Positions 26,544 to 34,967 of a DNA stretch of 59,912 nt are shown here, piece by piece. Within the stretch, counting starts at the first letter, position 1. The number at the start of each line of letters is the position of its first letter. Location: positions 1 to 59,912 of the forward strand of contig CAZPEY010000002.1 of assembly GCA_964585665.1 (NCBI GenBank), given 5' to 3'. Source of the stretch: an uncultured Polyangiaceae bacterium. GTDB taxonomy: Bacteria > Myxococcota_A > Polyangia > Palsa-1104. Position numbers and translations under genes: made by a program. A model generated the notes under the pieces. That model ran no database searches and had not been told where the DNA came from. It was given only the letters and a program-made list of their open reading frames with translations.

Positions 26544-27881
26544 GTGGGTGAATCGCTCATGAAGATCGACGAGACGCGCATCACGGAGCTGCTCGCGACG
26601 ATCGAACAGATGGCGGGCGGCGATCTGTCGCAGCGCGCCGCCATCTCTCCGAGCGGCGACGAGCTCGACGCCATCAGCTACGGCGTCAATGCTCTGTGCG
26701 GAGAGCTCGCGTTTGCGCTCGAGTCGCAGCGCCGCCTGAGAGACGCCGCCGAGCAGACGAACCGTCGCAAGACGCACTTCGTGCGCACGGTCAGTCACGA
26801 GCTCAGAACGCCCCTGGCAGCGATCCTGGCGCTGGCGCAGCTCCTCGCCCAGCCGGACCTCACCGAGGCGCGGCGGGGAGAGCTCGGGGAGCGCATCGCC
26901 AGCAATGGGCGGTCGCTGCTGCAGCTCCTCGACGATCTCCTCGATCTGGCGAAGATCGAAGATGGGCAGCTCGATCTCGAGCGCCGGCCTGTCGATCTGA
27001 TGGCCGCGTGTACCGAGATCATCGAGCGCTTCGAGCCAGAGGCGATCAAGCGGCGGCTGCAGTCGAGCGTGCTGGCGCCCGTCAACCTCCCGGCGGCCCT
27101 TGGAGATGCGCGGCGCGTTCGACAGATCCTCGGCAATCTCCTGCAGCACGCGCTCAAGCAGACCGCGCAAGGAGAGGTTCGGATCACGATCACCCTCGAC
27201 GACACGACGCTGCTGGTGGACGTCTGCGGGAGCCGCCTGGAGCTCGACGACAGCCCCCCGACGGGCCCCTTTACGCCGCTCGATCTCGACGATCAGGAGA
27301 GCGCCCGTCAGCACGGGATCGGCCTGCTCCTCTCGCGGCTGCTCGCCGAGGGCATGGGGGGCTCCCTCGCCGTTGCACCGGCATCGGGTGGGCAGGGCTC
27401 GAGGCTGCGCCTGTCGCTGCCAGCGCTGATCGCCCTGCGCGCGCCGGCGCCGCAGCCGAGCGTGATCGCCCCGACGTTCCGGCCGCTGGCCGATCTTCGC
27501 TTGCTGCTGGTCGAGGACGACGAGGACATCCGTGAGGCGATGGCCGAGCTGTTGGAGGTGGCCGGGGCGGCCGTGGAGCAGGTCGACGACGGCGACGTGG
27601 CGATCGAGCACGCGAGCCGCTCCGTCTACGACGCGATCCTGATGGACATTCGCATGCCCCGCCTCGACGGCATCGCGGCGACGCGGGCCCTGCGGGCGAT
27701 CGGCGTCGAGACGCCGATCATCATCCTGACCGCCGACGCGGTCGAGGAAGGGCGCAGCCAGACGCTGGCGGCTGGGGGCACCGAGTGGCTCACCAAGCCC
27801 ATCGATCTTCGGCACCTCGCGAGCGTCCTCGGGCGGGTCGTCCGGCGCGGCGCCAGGTCGGTGCGCGTCGGAGACGGTTGA
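26544..27881 (+). CDS. Soluble hybrid sensor histidine kinase/response regulator
   Basis: H-box FVRTVSHELRTPLAAIL, an HATPase region (GIGLLLSRLLAEGMGGSLAV) and a C-terminal receiver (LRLLLVEDDEDIREA...ILMDIRMPRLDG...TKP). No transmembrane segment. Confidence 0.85.
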   Translation: MGESLMKIDETRITELLATIEQMAGGDLSQRAAISPSGDELDAISYGVNALCGELAFALESQRRLRDAAEQTNRRKTHFVRTVSHELRTPLAAILALAQLLAQPDLTEARRGELGERIASNGRSLLQLLDDLLDLAKIEDGQLDLERRPVDLMAACTEIIERFEPEAIKRRLQSSVLAPVNLPAALGDARRVRQILGNLLQHALKQTAQGEVRITITLDDTTLLVDVCGSRLELDDSPPTGPFTPLDLDDQESARQHGIGLLLSRLLAEGMGGSLAVAPASGGQGSRLRLSLPALIALRAPAPQPSVIAPTFRPLADLRLLLVEDDEDIREAMAELLEVAGAAVEQVDDGDVAIEHASRSVYDAILMDIRMPRLDGIAATRALRAIGVETPIIILTADAVEEGRSQTLAAGGTEWLTKPIDLRHLASVLGRVVRRGARSVRVGDG

Positions 27882-27914
27882 CTCTTCGCCGTCGATCCCT
27901 AATTGTTCCGGCAG

Positions 27915-28814
27915 ATGCGTCGCCTGATCACGATCTTGTCCGTCGCTGTGCTGCTCTCCGCGTGCGGAGATTCGGCGAGCTTCCTGCGCTCCACCCCGAG
28001 CTTCCAGTCGACGGCCGAGGCCAACTACGAGCTGGGCCTGCGCCAGCTCAAGAACGGCAACTACCAGCTCGCCCAGCAGTACTTCCAGTACATCCGCAAC
28101 AAGTTCGGCTTCACCAAGTGGGCGACGACGGCGGAGCTGGCGCTGGCCGACGTCGAGATGGGGCGCGAGAAGTACACCGAGGCGATCGAGATGTATCGCC
28201 AGTTCATGCGCTCGCACCCCAACCACGAGCGCGTGCAAGACGGCTACGTTGCCTTCAAGGTCTGCGAGGCCACGACCAAGCAGGTGCCGAGCGAGTGGTT
28301 CCTCTCTCCGCCGTCCCACGAGAAGGACCAGGGCCCGGCGAATGACGCGTACCGCGAGCTGAACGACTTCCTGGCGCAGTACGCGGACTCGCCGTACCAC
28401 GGCCAGAGCAAGCAGCTCTGGCAAGAGGTCGTCAAGCAGCTCACCGACCACGAGCTGTACGTCGCCAACTTCTATCTCAAGCTCGACAAGCCCAAGGCTG
28501 CGGTGTGGCGCCTCGAGGGGCTGTTGCGCGACTACAAGGGCGCCAACCGCGCGCCCGAGGCGCTCCTGCTGCTCGGTCGCACGTACCTCCATATGAAGGA
28601 GGCGGGGCAGGCGCGGGGCACGTTCGAGCGTCTGGTCGCGGAGCACAGCAAGGACTTCCGCGCCGAGAAGGCCAAGCTCTACCTGGCGCAGATCAAGAAG
28701 CAGTACGGCGACGTTCCGGTGCCGCCGCCGGCGCCGCCCGTGGACAAGAAGCAGAAGCCCAAGGAGCCGAATCGGCAGGAGCCCACCAGCACCGCCGGCG
28801 AAGGGGAGGGGTAG
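27915..28814 (+). CDS. bamD: Outer membrane protein assembly factor BamD (YfiO-like TPR lipoprotein)
   Basis: Lipobox ILSVAVLLSAC, then AEANYELGLRQLKNGNYQLAQQYFQYIRNKF...HELYVANFYLKLDKPKAAVWRLEGLL, typical of BamD. ATG 27915 is preferred over TTG 27903. Confidence 0.75.
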   Translation: MRRLITILSVAVLLSACGDSASFLRSTPSFQSTAEANYELGLRQLKNGNYQLAQQYFQYIRNKFGFTKWATTAELALADVEMGREKYTEAIEMYRQFMRSHPNHERVQDGYVAFKVCEATTKQVPSEWFLSPPSHEKDQGPANDAYRELNDFLAQYADSPYHGQSKQLWQEVVKQLTDHELYVANFYLKLDKPKAAVWRLEGLLRDYKGANRAPEALLLLGRTYLHMKEAGQARGTFERLVAEHSKDFRAEKAKLYLAQIKKQYGDVPVPPPAPPVDKKQKPKEPNRQEPTSTAGEGEG

Positions 28815-28819
28815 CAGCC

Positions 28820-29524
28820 ATGGCGACGACGATGGACGAGAAGCTCCGCTTGCAGCTTCACCAGGCGCGCGAGCACTACGCCGCCGGGGAGTATGCGGCC
28901 GCCGAGCCGCTCCTCTCCGCGCTGACCAAGCAGGGCGCCGACTTCGCAGACGTCTACAACATGCTCGGCGTCAGCCTGCACAGCCTCGGGCGCTTCACCG
29001 CGGCGCAGCAGGCCTTCGAGGCGGCGCTGCAGCGCAACCCGAGCTACACCGAGGCGGCGCTCAACCTCGCCGTCACGTACAACGACCTCGGCAAGTACGA
29101 CCAGGCCAAGGCGGCCTACGAGCGCGCGGTGGCGCCGGTCAAGAGCGAGCCGCGCAAGCTCGATCCGTTCGCCATGGGCAAGATCGCCAACCTGCACGCG
29201 GCGACGGCCGACGCCTACCTCGGCTCGGGCATGACCGAGGAGGCGATCGCCGAGTACCGGCGGGCGCTGCAGCTCGGTCCGAGCTTCTCCGACATCCGCG
29301 CCAAGCTCGCTGGAGCGCTGCGGGACCTCGATCGCAAGCAAGAGGCGCTCGTCGAGTACGAGCGGATCCGCGCCGAAGCGCCCAAGTTCCTCCAGGCTCG
29401 GCTGAACCTCGGCGTGCTCTACTACTCGCTCGGGCGGCGCGACGCGGCGCGGGCCGAGTTCGAGGCGGTGCTCGCCGAGAACCCGGACAGCAAGAGCGCT
29501 CGGCTCTACCTCGACCTGCTGTAG
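28820..29524 (+). CDS. Tetratricopeptide (TPR) repeat protein
   Basis: 234 aa from ATG 28820. Repeated TPR consensus (AEPLLSALTKQ..., AQQAFEAALQRNPSYTEAALNLAVTY, AIAEYRRALQLGPSF...). Confidence 0.75.
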   Translation: MATTMDEKLRLQLHQAREHYAAGEYAAAEPLLSALTKQGADFADVYNMLGVSLHSLGRFTAAQQAFEAALQRNPSYTEAALNLAVTYNDLGKYDQAKAAYERAVAPVKSEPRKLDPFAMGKIANLHAATADAYLGSGMTEEAIAEYRRALQLGPSFSDIRAKLAGALRDLDRKQEALVEYERIRAEAPKFLQARLNLGVLYYSLGRRDAARAEFEAVLAENPDSKSARLYLDLL

Positions 29525-29685
29525 CGCTCCCCTCGTTCGAGGTCCTCGAACCCGCTCGACGGACGGGAATTCCTCGTGCGCTCGACGCGTACTCCCTTCG
29601 GTTCACATTGCCATGCTACGAAGCAAGGCGCCGCCGCATCTTTTTATGTAGACTTCCGCGGAATAGTTGGGAAAGCGTGCCCGCC

Positions 29686-30360
29686 ATGAATCTGACCTCG
29701 AAGTTTTTGGCCTTCACCCTCCTCGGTGCGGAGTGGGTCCTCTGGCTGCTCATCATCCTGTCCGTGATCTCGGTCGCGATCATGATCGAGCGCGCCTGGT
29801 TCTTCGCCCGTAACCGGTTCGACGTGCGGACGCTCGCCGGGGAGATCCGCAAGCTGATCCAGGCGGGCGACATCGAGAAGGCGCGCGCCAAGCTGCGCGA
29901 CACGAACAGCGTCGAGGGCTCGATCGCCGAGTCGGGCCTGTCGGAGATCGATGGAGGGATGGACGCGGTGCTCGAGGGGCTGCAAGAGGGCAAGGCGCGT
30001 GAGCGGGTCAAGCTCGAGCGCAACCTCGCCTTCCTCGGTACGCTGGGCTCGAACGCGCCGTTCATCGGCCTCTTCGGCACCGTCCTCGGCATCATCAAGG
30101 CCTTCCACGACCTGGCGGGCAATCAGGCCGGCGGCGTCGCCGTCGTCATGGCCGGCATCTCCGAGGCGCTCGTCGCCACCGCGGTCGGCCTGCTGGTGGC
30201 CATCCCGGCGGTCGTCGCCTTCAACATCTTCAACCGCCGCGTGCGCGCGACGATGGCCCACGCCGACGAGCTCATCCACGGCCTGCTCAAGCACCTGCGC
30301 GCCGATCCGGCGCCGGACGCCAAGAGCGGCAAGCCGTCCAAGCTCACCGAGGTGAAGTAG
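29686..30360 (+). CDS. MotA/TolQ/ExbB-family proton channel
   Basis: 224 aa from ATG 29686. Three TM helices and the conserved LGTLGSNAPFIGLFGTVLGIIKAF...GISEALVATAVGLLVAIPAV. Confidence 0.9.
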   Translation: MNLTSKFLAFTLLGAEWVLWLLIILSVISVAIMIERAWFFARNRFDVRTLAGEIRKLIQAGDIEKARAKLRDTNSVEGSIAESGLSEIDGGMDAVLEGLQEGKARERVKLERNLAFLGTLGSNAPFIGLFGTVLGIIKAFHDLAGNQAGGVAVVMAGISEALVATAVGLLVAIPAVVAFNIFNRRVRATMAHADELIHGLLKHLRADPAPDAKSGKPSKLTEVK

Positions 30361-30791
30361 TGGCGGGCAGCTCGATGCCGTCGGGAGACGACGACGGCGG
30401 CATCATCTCCGACATCAACGTCACGCCGCTGGTCGACATCACGCTGGTGCTACTGATCATCTTCATGGTCGCGGCGCCGATGATCGTCAACAACCCGTCG
30501 ATCAAGGTGCAGCTCCCCAAGGCGGCGACCGGCGACGAGACGCTCAAGTCGACGCTCGCGCTCACCCTGCAACGGCAGGAGGCGGGCGGGTACGACCTCT
30601 ACCGCAACGGCGAGAAGGTCGACGAGGCGACGCTCCGCAAGGAGATCCCGGAGCTGGTCAAGCAGAACAAGGACATCCAGGCGATCATCGCCGCGGATCG
30701 CGGCATCGCATATGGCGACGTGATTCATATCGTGGACCTGGTAAAATCACTGGGAGTGGTCAAGTTCGCACTGAACACTGACGCCAAGTAG
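30360..30791 (+). CDS. ExbD/TolR-family biopolymer transport protein
   Basis: SDINVTPLVDITLVLLIIFMV, the signature N-terminal TM with conserved Asp. The GTG start overlaps the exbB-like stop by 1 nt. Confidence 0.9.
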   Translation: MAGSSMPSGDDDGGIISDINVTPLVDITLVLLIIFMVAAPMIVNNPSIKVQLPKAATGDETLKSTLALTLQRQEAGGYDLYRNGEKVDEATLRKEIPELVKQNKDIQAIIAADRGIAYGDVIHIVDLVKSLGVVKFALNTDAK

Positions 30792-30818
30792 GCGCCCGTC
30801 GGAGGACCCGGGACGACG

Positions 30819-31598
30819 ATGTATCGCGACGGCTTCTCGTTTGTCTTTGCGCTCGTGGCGCACGTTGGGGTGGGCGTCTTTCTGACGCTGATGCCGCCGC
30901 CTGCGCCCGCTGGGCCCAAGACGGTCGAGTTCGAGGTCAAGAAGACCGAGCCTCCTCCCGAGCCGCCCAAGCTGACGCCACCCGAGCCACCCAAGCCGCC
31001 CGAGCCGCCGCCGCCGGAGCGCAAGGTCATCCCCAAGCTCAAGCAGGCGCCGCCGCCCGACGCGCCGCCGCCGCCCAACCAGCAGCCGCCCAAGGAGCCG
31101 CCCAAGAACCCGGTGCAGCCGGTGTTCGGCGTCACGATGGACTCGGTGGTCGAGGGCGACTCGGGGATCGCCGTGCCGGTGGGTAACACGACGATGATGG
31201 ACCCGAAGAAGTCGCGCATCGCGACCGGGCCCGTCCAGCCGCTCGCTGCGGCGCCGCCGCCCGTCGCCAAGCCCAGCTACGCGCCCGTCAGCGACCTGTA
31301 CGTCAAGACGCTGCCTGAGATCGACGGCGAGGCGTGCGGCAATTCGGTCAAGTATCCCGACGAGGCGCTGCGCGCCGGGATCGAGGGCACCGTGACCCTG
31401 CGCATCGAGCTCGACGAGAGCGGCAAGGTCCACGGCATCCGCGTCTTGAAGGGGCTCGGCCATGGCCTCGACGAGTATGCGACGCAGACGATGAAGACGC
31501 GCCCCGAGTGTCGCTTCAAGCCGGCGGTGGCCACCGACGGCAAGGCGGTGCCCTACGTGATCCGAAACTATGCCTTCCGTTTCGAGCTCCCGCGCTAG
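30819..31598 (+). CDS. tonB: Energy transducer TonB
   Basis: N-terminal anchor, a Pro-rich spacer (PPPEPPKLTPPEPPKPPEPPPPERK) and a TonB_C domain (VKYPDEALRAGIEGTVTLRIELDESGKVHGIRVLKGLGHGLDE). Confidence 0.85.
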   Translation: MYRDGFSFVFALVAHVGVGVFLTLMPPPAPAGPKTVEFEVKKTEPPPEPPKLTPPEPPKPPEPPPPERKVIPKLKQAPPPDAPPPPNQQPPKEPPKNPVQPVFGVTMDSVVEGDSGIAVPVGNTTMMDPKKSRIATGPVQPLAAAPPPVAKPSYAPVSDLYVKTLPEIDGEACGNSVKYPDEALRAGIEGTVTLRIELDESGKVHGIRVLKGLGHGLDEYATQTMKTRPECRFKPAVATDGKAVPYVIRNYAFRFELPR

Positions 31599-33291
31599 CC
31601 TGGGGCGCGCCGCCTGCGTGGCGCTGGCGCTGCTGGCCGGCTGCGCGACGCGTCCACCGCCGCGCCCGACGATCGCGCGCGCGGTCTCCCTCGACTTCGC
31701 CGTCGAAACGCAGCCGCAGGCCGCGCTCGTCGTCACCCTGTCCTTCGACGGATCTCCGACGGGAGAGACCCAGATCGCGCTGCACGAGCGCTACCTCGGC
31801 CAGAAGACCAACGCCGCCTTCCTCGGGCTGACCGTCGTGGGGCGGAGCGGCGCGCCGCTGCCCATCGGCAAGCCGGCGGCGCACCGCCTGACGGTGAGCC
31901 ATGCGCCGGGCGAGCCGCTCACCGTGCGCTACCGGATCACGCCGCGGCCCGAGCGGGTCATGAGCGGCAGCTTCGTGCGGCCCGTGGTCGCCTCCAGCCT
32001 GGTCTACCTCGTCGGCGAGAGCGGCCTCCTCCTCCCGTCCCACTTCGGTGACGGCGCGATCGAGGTGCGCCAGACCTGGCGAGGGCTGCCGGCCGGCTGG
32101 CGTGCCGTGTCCTCGCTGGGCAGCAACGCCACCGAGACTCGGACCGGAACGATCGACGTTCTGCGCCACGCCGTCTTCCTCGCCGGGCCGCTGCGCACCG
32201 TCGAGCAGCAGGTGGCCAACGGCAAGCTCGTGCTGGCGACGATGGGGCAGTGGCGCTTCACGGACGCGATGCTGCTCGATCTGACGCGCCAGATCGTCGA
32301 CGGGCAGCACACCTATACGCAGGGCAACAAGCCACCCTACTTCCTCGTCGTCCTCCTCCCCGTCGATGCGCCGCGCCGGACGCGACCGGCGATCGCGGGG
32401 CAGTCGCCGTCGAACGGCATCGTGCTCTTCGCGCAGCCGACGCTCGACGTCGGGCATGCGTCGGACTTTCGCCGCCTGCGCCGCGTGCTGGCGCTCTACG
32501 CGTTTCGTCAGTGGAGCGGCCTCGCGCCCGACGCCGATCCGATCAGCGTCTGGATCTCCGAGGGCTTCTCGTCGATGCTGTCGCGCCGACTGCTCTATCG
32601 TGCCGGCCTCTACTCCGTCGAGGAGTACGCCGCCGACCTCAACGGTTCGCTGCGCCACTACTTCCTCAACCCGTGGCGCGATCTGCCGGACGCGCAGCGC
32701 ACCGACGCCCACCTGGCGAGCGAGGAGTACGCGCTGGCGGTGCAGGCGCGGGGCGAGCTGCTGGCGCTGCTCGTCGACATCGAGATGCGGCGGCGCAGCG
32801 AGGGGCGGCAGTCGCTCGATGACGTCATGCACGACCTGGTCGTCGAGGGCAAGCGCAGCGGCCAGCCGTTCTCCGTCGAGCTGCTCGCCGGGCGGCTCGG
32901 GGAGCTCGTCGGCTCCAGCTTCGCGCAGCAGATCCGCGACGTCGCCGCCAACTCGGGCATGACCGGGCTGCCGCGCGACACGCTGTTCCCCTGCCTGCGT
33001 CAGTCGGTGACGCTGCGCGGGCCGTGGAAGCTCGGCTTCGACTTCGACGCGTCGGACCGGGCCCACAAGATCGTCGGCGTCGAGCCGAACGGCCCGGCGT
33101 GGCAGGCGGGGCTGCGCGATGGCCTGCCGCTCGTCGGGGCGCGGATCGACTTCGACAACCCGGGCGAGGAGGTCCGCATCCAGATCAAGGATGGCAACGA
33201 CTCGCGCGAGGTCCGCTACCTGCCGCAGGGGCAGCCGCGCTCGCTGCCGCAGCTCTCGGTCAACGATCCGAATCGCTGCTCGATGCTGTGA
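31570..33291 (+). CDS. Lipoprotein resembling M61 glycyl-aminopeptidase with a C-terminal PDZ domain. The HExxH motif is apparently not conserved
   Basis: Lipobox ALALLAGC. VLALYAFRQWSG...WISEGFSSMLSRRLLY aligns to the M61 HEyfHxW...EGfTsY region with H/E/H replaced. PDZ-like GVEPNGPAWQAGLRDGLPLVGARI. Confidence 0.5.
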   Translation: MPSVSSSRASLGRAACVALALLAGCATRPPPRPTIARAVSLDFAVETQPQAALVVTLSFDGSPTGETQIALHERYLGQKTNAAFLGLTVVGRSGAPLPIGKPAAHRLTVSHAPGEPLTVRYRITPRPERVMSGSFVRPVVASSLVYLVGESGLLLPSHFGDGAIEVRQTWRGLPAGWRAVSSLGSNATETRTGTIDVLRHAVFLAGPLRTVEQQVANGKLVLATMGQWRFTDAMLLDLTRQIVDGQHTYTQGNKPPYFLVVLLPVDAPRRTRPAIAGQSPSNGIVLFAQPTLDVGHASDFRRLRRVLALYAFRQWSGLAPDADPISVWISEGFSSMLSRRLLYRAGLYSVEEYAADLNGSLRHYFLNPWRDLPDAQRTDAHLASEEYALAVQARGELLALLVDIEMRRRSEGRQSLDDVMHDLVVEGKRSGQPFSVELLAGRLGELVGSSFAQQIRDVAANSGMTGLPRDTLFPCLRQSVTLRGPWKLGFDFDASDRAHKIVGVEPNGPAWQAGLRDGLPLVGARIDFDNPGEEVRIQIKDGNDSREVRYLPQGQPRSLPQLSVNDPNRCSML

Positions 33292-33476
33292 CCAACCCCA
33301 GAGCTCACTTCAGTTGATGGACCTCGCTCGTTTTTTTCGCACCAGGCTGCGTCACAAGCTCCGGTGCTCACCTTACGTACCGAAGGGTACGCGCGGTTCC
33401 GCTCCTCGCTTGTTCCTTGCCTGCCGCGAAAGCTCCTTCGCGATCGCCATCAACCGAAGTGAGCTCTGGGGTTAGT
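33291..33476. mobile_element. MITE-like non-autonomous element with 27-30 bp terminal inverted repeats
   Basis: AACCCCAGAGCTCACTTCAGTTGATGG (33294-33320) matches the reverse complement of 33447-33473 (AACCCCAGAGCTCACTTCGGTTGATGG) with 1 mismatch in 27. The match extends to 30 nt with 2 mismatches. The ~126-bp AT-richer interior has no ORF and contains small hairpins (CGTACCGAAGGGTACG). Confidence 0.7.
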
Positions 33477-33493
33477 CCTGGTATAAACAGAGG

Positions 33494-34960
33494 GTGATTG
33501 CCAAGACCGCGGCGTCGGGTGGACCCGGCCTGCACCCTCTCGTTCTCGCCTTCTCGAGCTCGCTCGCGCTCGATCGGACGCTCCTCCTCGAAGACCTGAT
33601 CGGCAGCCTCGCGCACCTGCGCATGCTCGCCGAGACCGGCATCCTCGACGCCGCATCGGCGGTCGCCCTGCATGGGGGGCTCTGCGCCCTCGGGCAGGAG
33701 GCCCTGGCCGGCACATTGCGGCTCCCCGAGGAGGAGGACGTCCACATGGCGGTCGAGGCGCTGCTCGCCGAGCGGCTCGGCGCCGTGGCGGGTCGCCTGC
33801 ACACGGCGCGGTCGCGCAACGATCAGGTGGCGCTCGATCTTCGCCTGCATGTTCGCGAGCAGGCGACCGAGATCGGGCTCGCCGTGTGCGGGCTGATCGA
33901 CACCCTCGTGGCGCGGGCTCGCCCAGGCGCCGATGGCGACGTGCTGCTGCCGTCCTACACCCACCGTCAGCGCGCCCAGCCGATCAGCGCCGCGTATCTG
34001 TTCGCGGCGTATGCGTCGATGCTGGCGCGCGACCTCGAGCTCTTCGACTTCGTCTACGCGGGCGCCGACTGCTCACCGCTCGGCGTCGGCGCGATCGCTG
34101 GCACGACCTTGCCGACCGATCGGCGGATCACGCAGCGGCTGCTCGGCTTCTCCGCCCTGACCCGCAACGGCCTCGACACCGTCGGCGATCGCGACTTCGC
34201 GCTCGACTACGCCTACGCCGCGTCCCGCCTCCTGCTCCACACCAGCCGCATCGCCACGGACTTCGTCGACTTCTCGACGAGCGAGTTCGGCTTCGTCGCG
34301 CTCGACGATGAGATCGCGTGCGGCTCGTCGATGATGCCGCAGAAGAAGAACCCCGACGTGTTCGAGCTCGTGCGCGGCAAGAGCGGCCAGGCGACCGGCA
34401 ACCTGATGGCGCTGCTGGTGACGCTCAAGGGCCTGCCGGGCGGCTACAACCGAGATCAGCAGGAGGATCGCGCGCCGATCCTGCAGACGGCGCCGCTGTG
34501 TCGCGGCGTGCTGCAGATCCTCGAGCTGGCGCTGCAGAAGGTTCGCTTCCGCCGCGATCGCTGTCGCGCAGCCCTCGAGCGGGATTACACGCAGGCGACC
34601 GATCTGGCCGAGGCGTTGGTCGAGCGTGGCGTCGCCTTCCGCGTCGCCTATCAGGCGGTCGGCGCGCTCGTGCGTCGCGCGCAGGAGCTCGGGCTCGGCC
34701 TGGCGCAGGTCGATCTGGCGACCGCCCAGGCGGTCGATCCGCTGTTCACGTCCGAGGTGCTGGCGCGCGTCTCGCTCGACGCGGCGCTCGGCTACAAGCG
34801 CTCCCTCGGGTCGACCGGGCCCGAGGCAGTCGCGGCGCAGCTCGACGAGCTAGTGGCGATCAGCGCTGCGGCGCGCGCCCGCTACGCCGCGCGTCCGCGG
34901 CTCGCGGCGATTTTTGCTGCGTTGCAGCAATCACCCACCGATCCAGGCCGGAGGGAGTAG
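33494..34960 (+). CDS. argH: Argininosuccinate lyase
   Basis: SRNDQVALDLRLHV and the fumarate-lyase signature GSSMMPQKKNPDVFELVRGK. 488 aa from GTG 33494. Confidence 0.95.
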   Translation: MIAKTAASGGPGLHPLVLAFSSSLALDRTLLLEDLIGSLAHLRMLAETGILDAASAVALHGGLCALGQEALAGTLRLPEEEDVHMAVEALLAERLGAVAGRLHTARSRNDQVALDLRLHVREQATEIGLAVCGLIDTLVARARPGADGDVLLPSYTHRQRAQPISAAYLFAAYASMLARDLELFDFVYAGADCSPLGVGAIAGTTLPTDRRITQRLLGFSALTRNGLDTVGDRDFALDYAYAASRLLLHTSRIATDFVDFSTSEFGFVALDDEIACGSSMMPQKKNPDVFELVRGKSGQATGNLMALLVTLKGLPGGYNRDQQEDRAPILQTAPLCRGVLQILELALQKVRFRRDRCRAALERDYTQATDLAEALVERGVAFRVAYQAVGALVRRAQELGLGLAQVDLATAQAVDPLFTSEVLARVSLDAALGYKRSLGSTGPEAVAAQLDELVAISAAARARYAARPRLAAIFAALQQSPTDPGRRE

Positions 34961-34967
34961 CTCCGGC

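Noticed and set aside
26193-28646. 817-aa minus-strand ORF
   Set aside because: It runs antisense across four well-supported plus-strand genes (the small partner, the hybrid kinase, bamD and the start of the TPR gene). A real gene would not ignore these boundaries, and the composition is R/L/E/D/A/G-biased.
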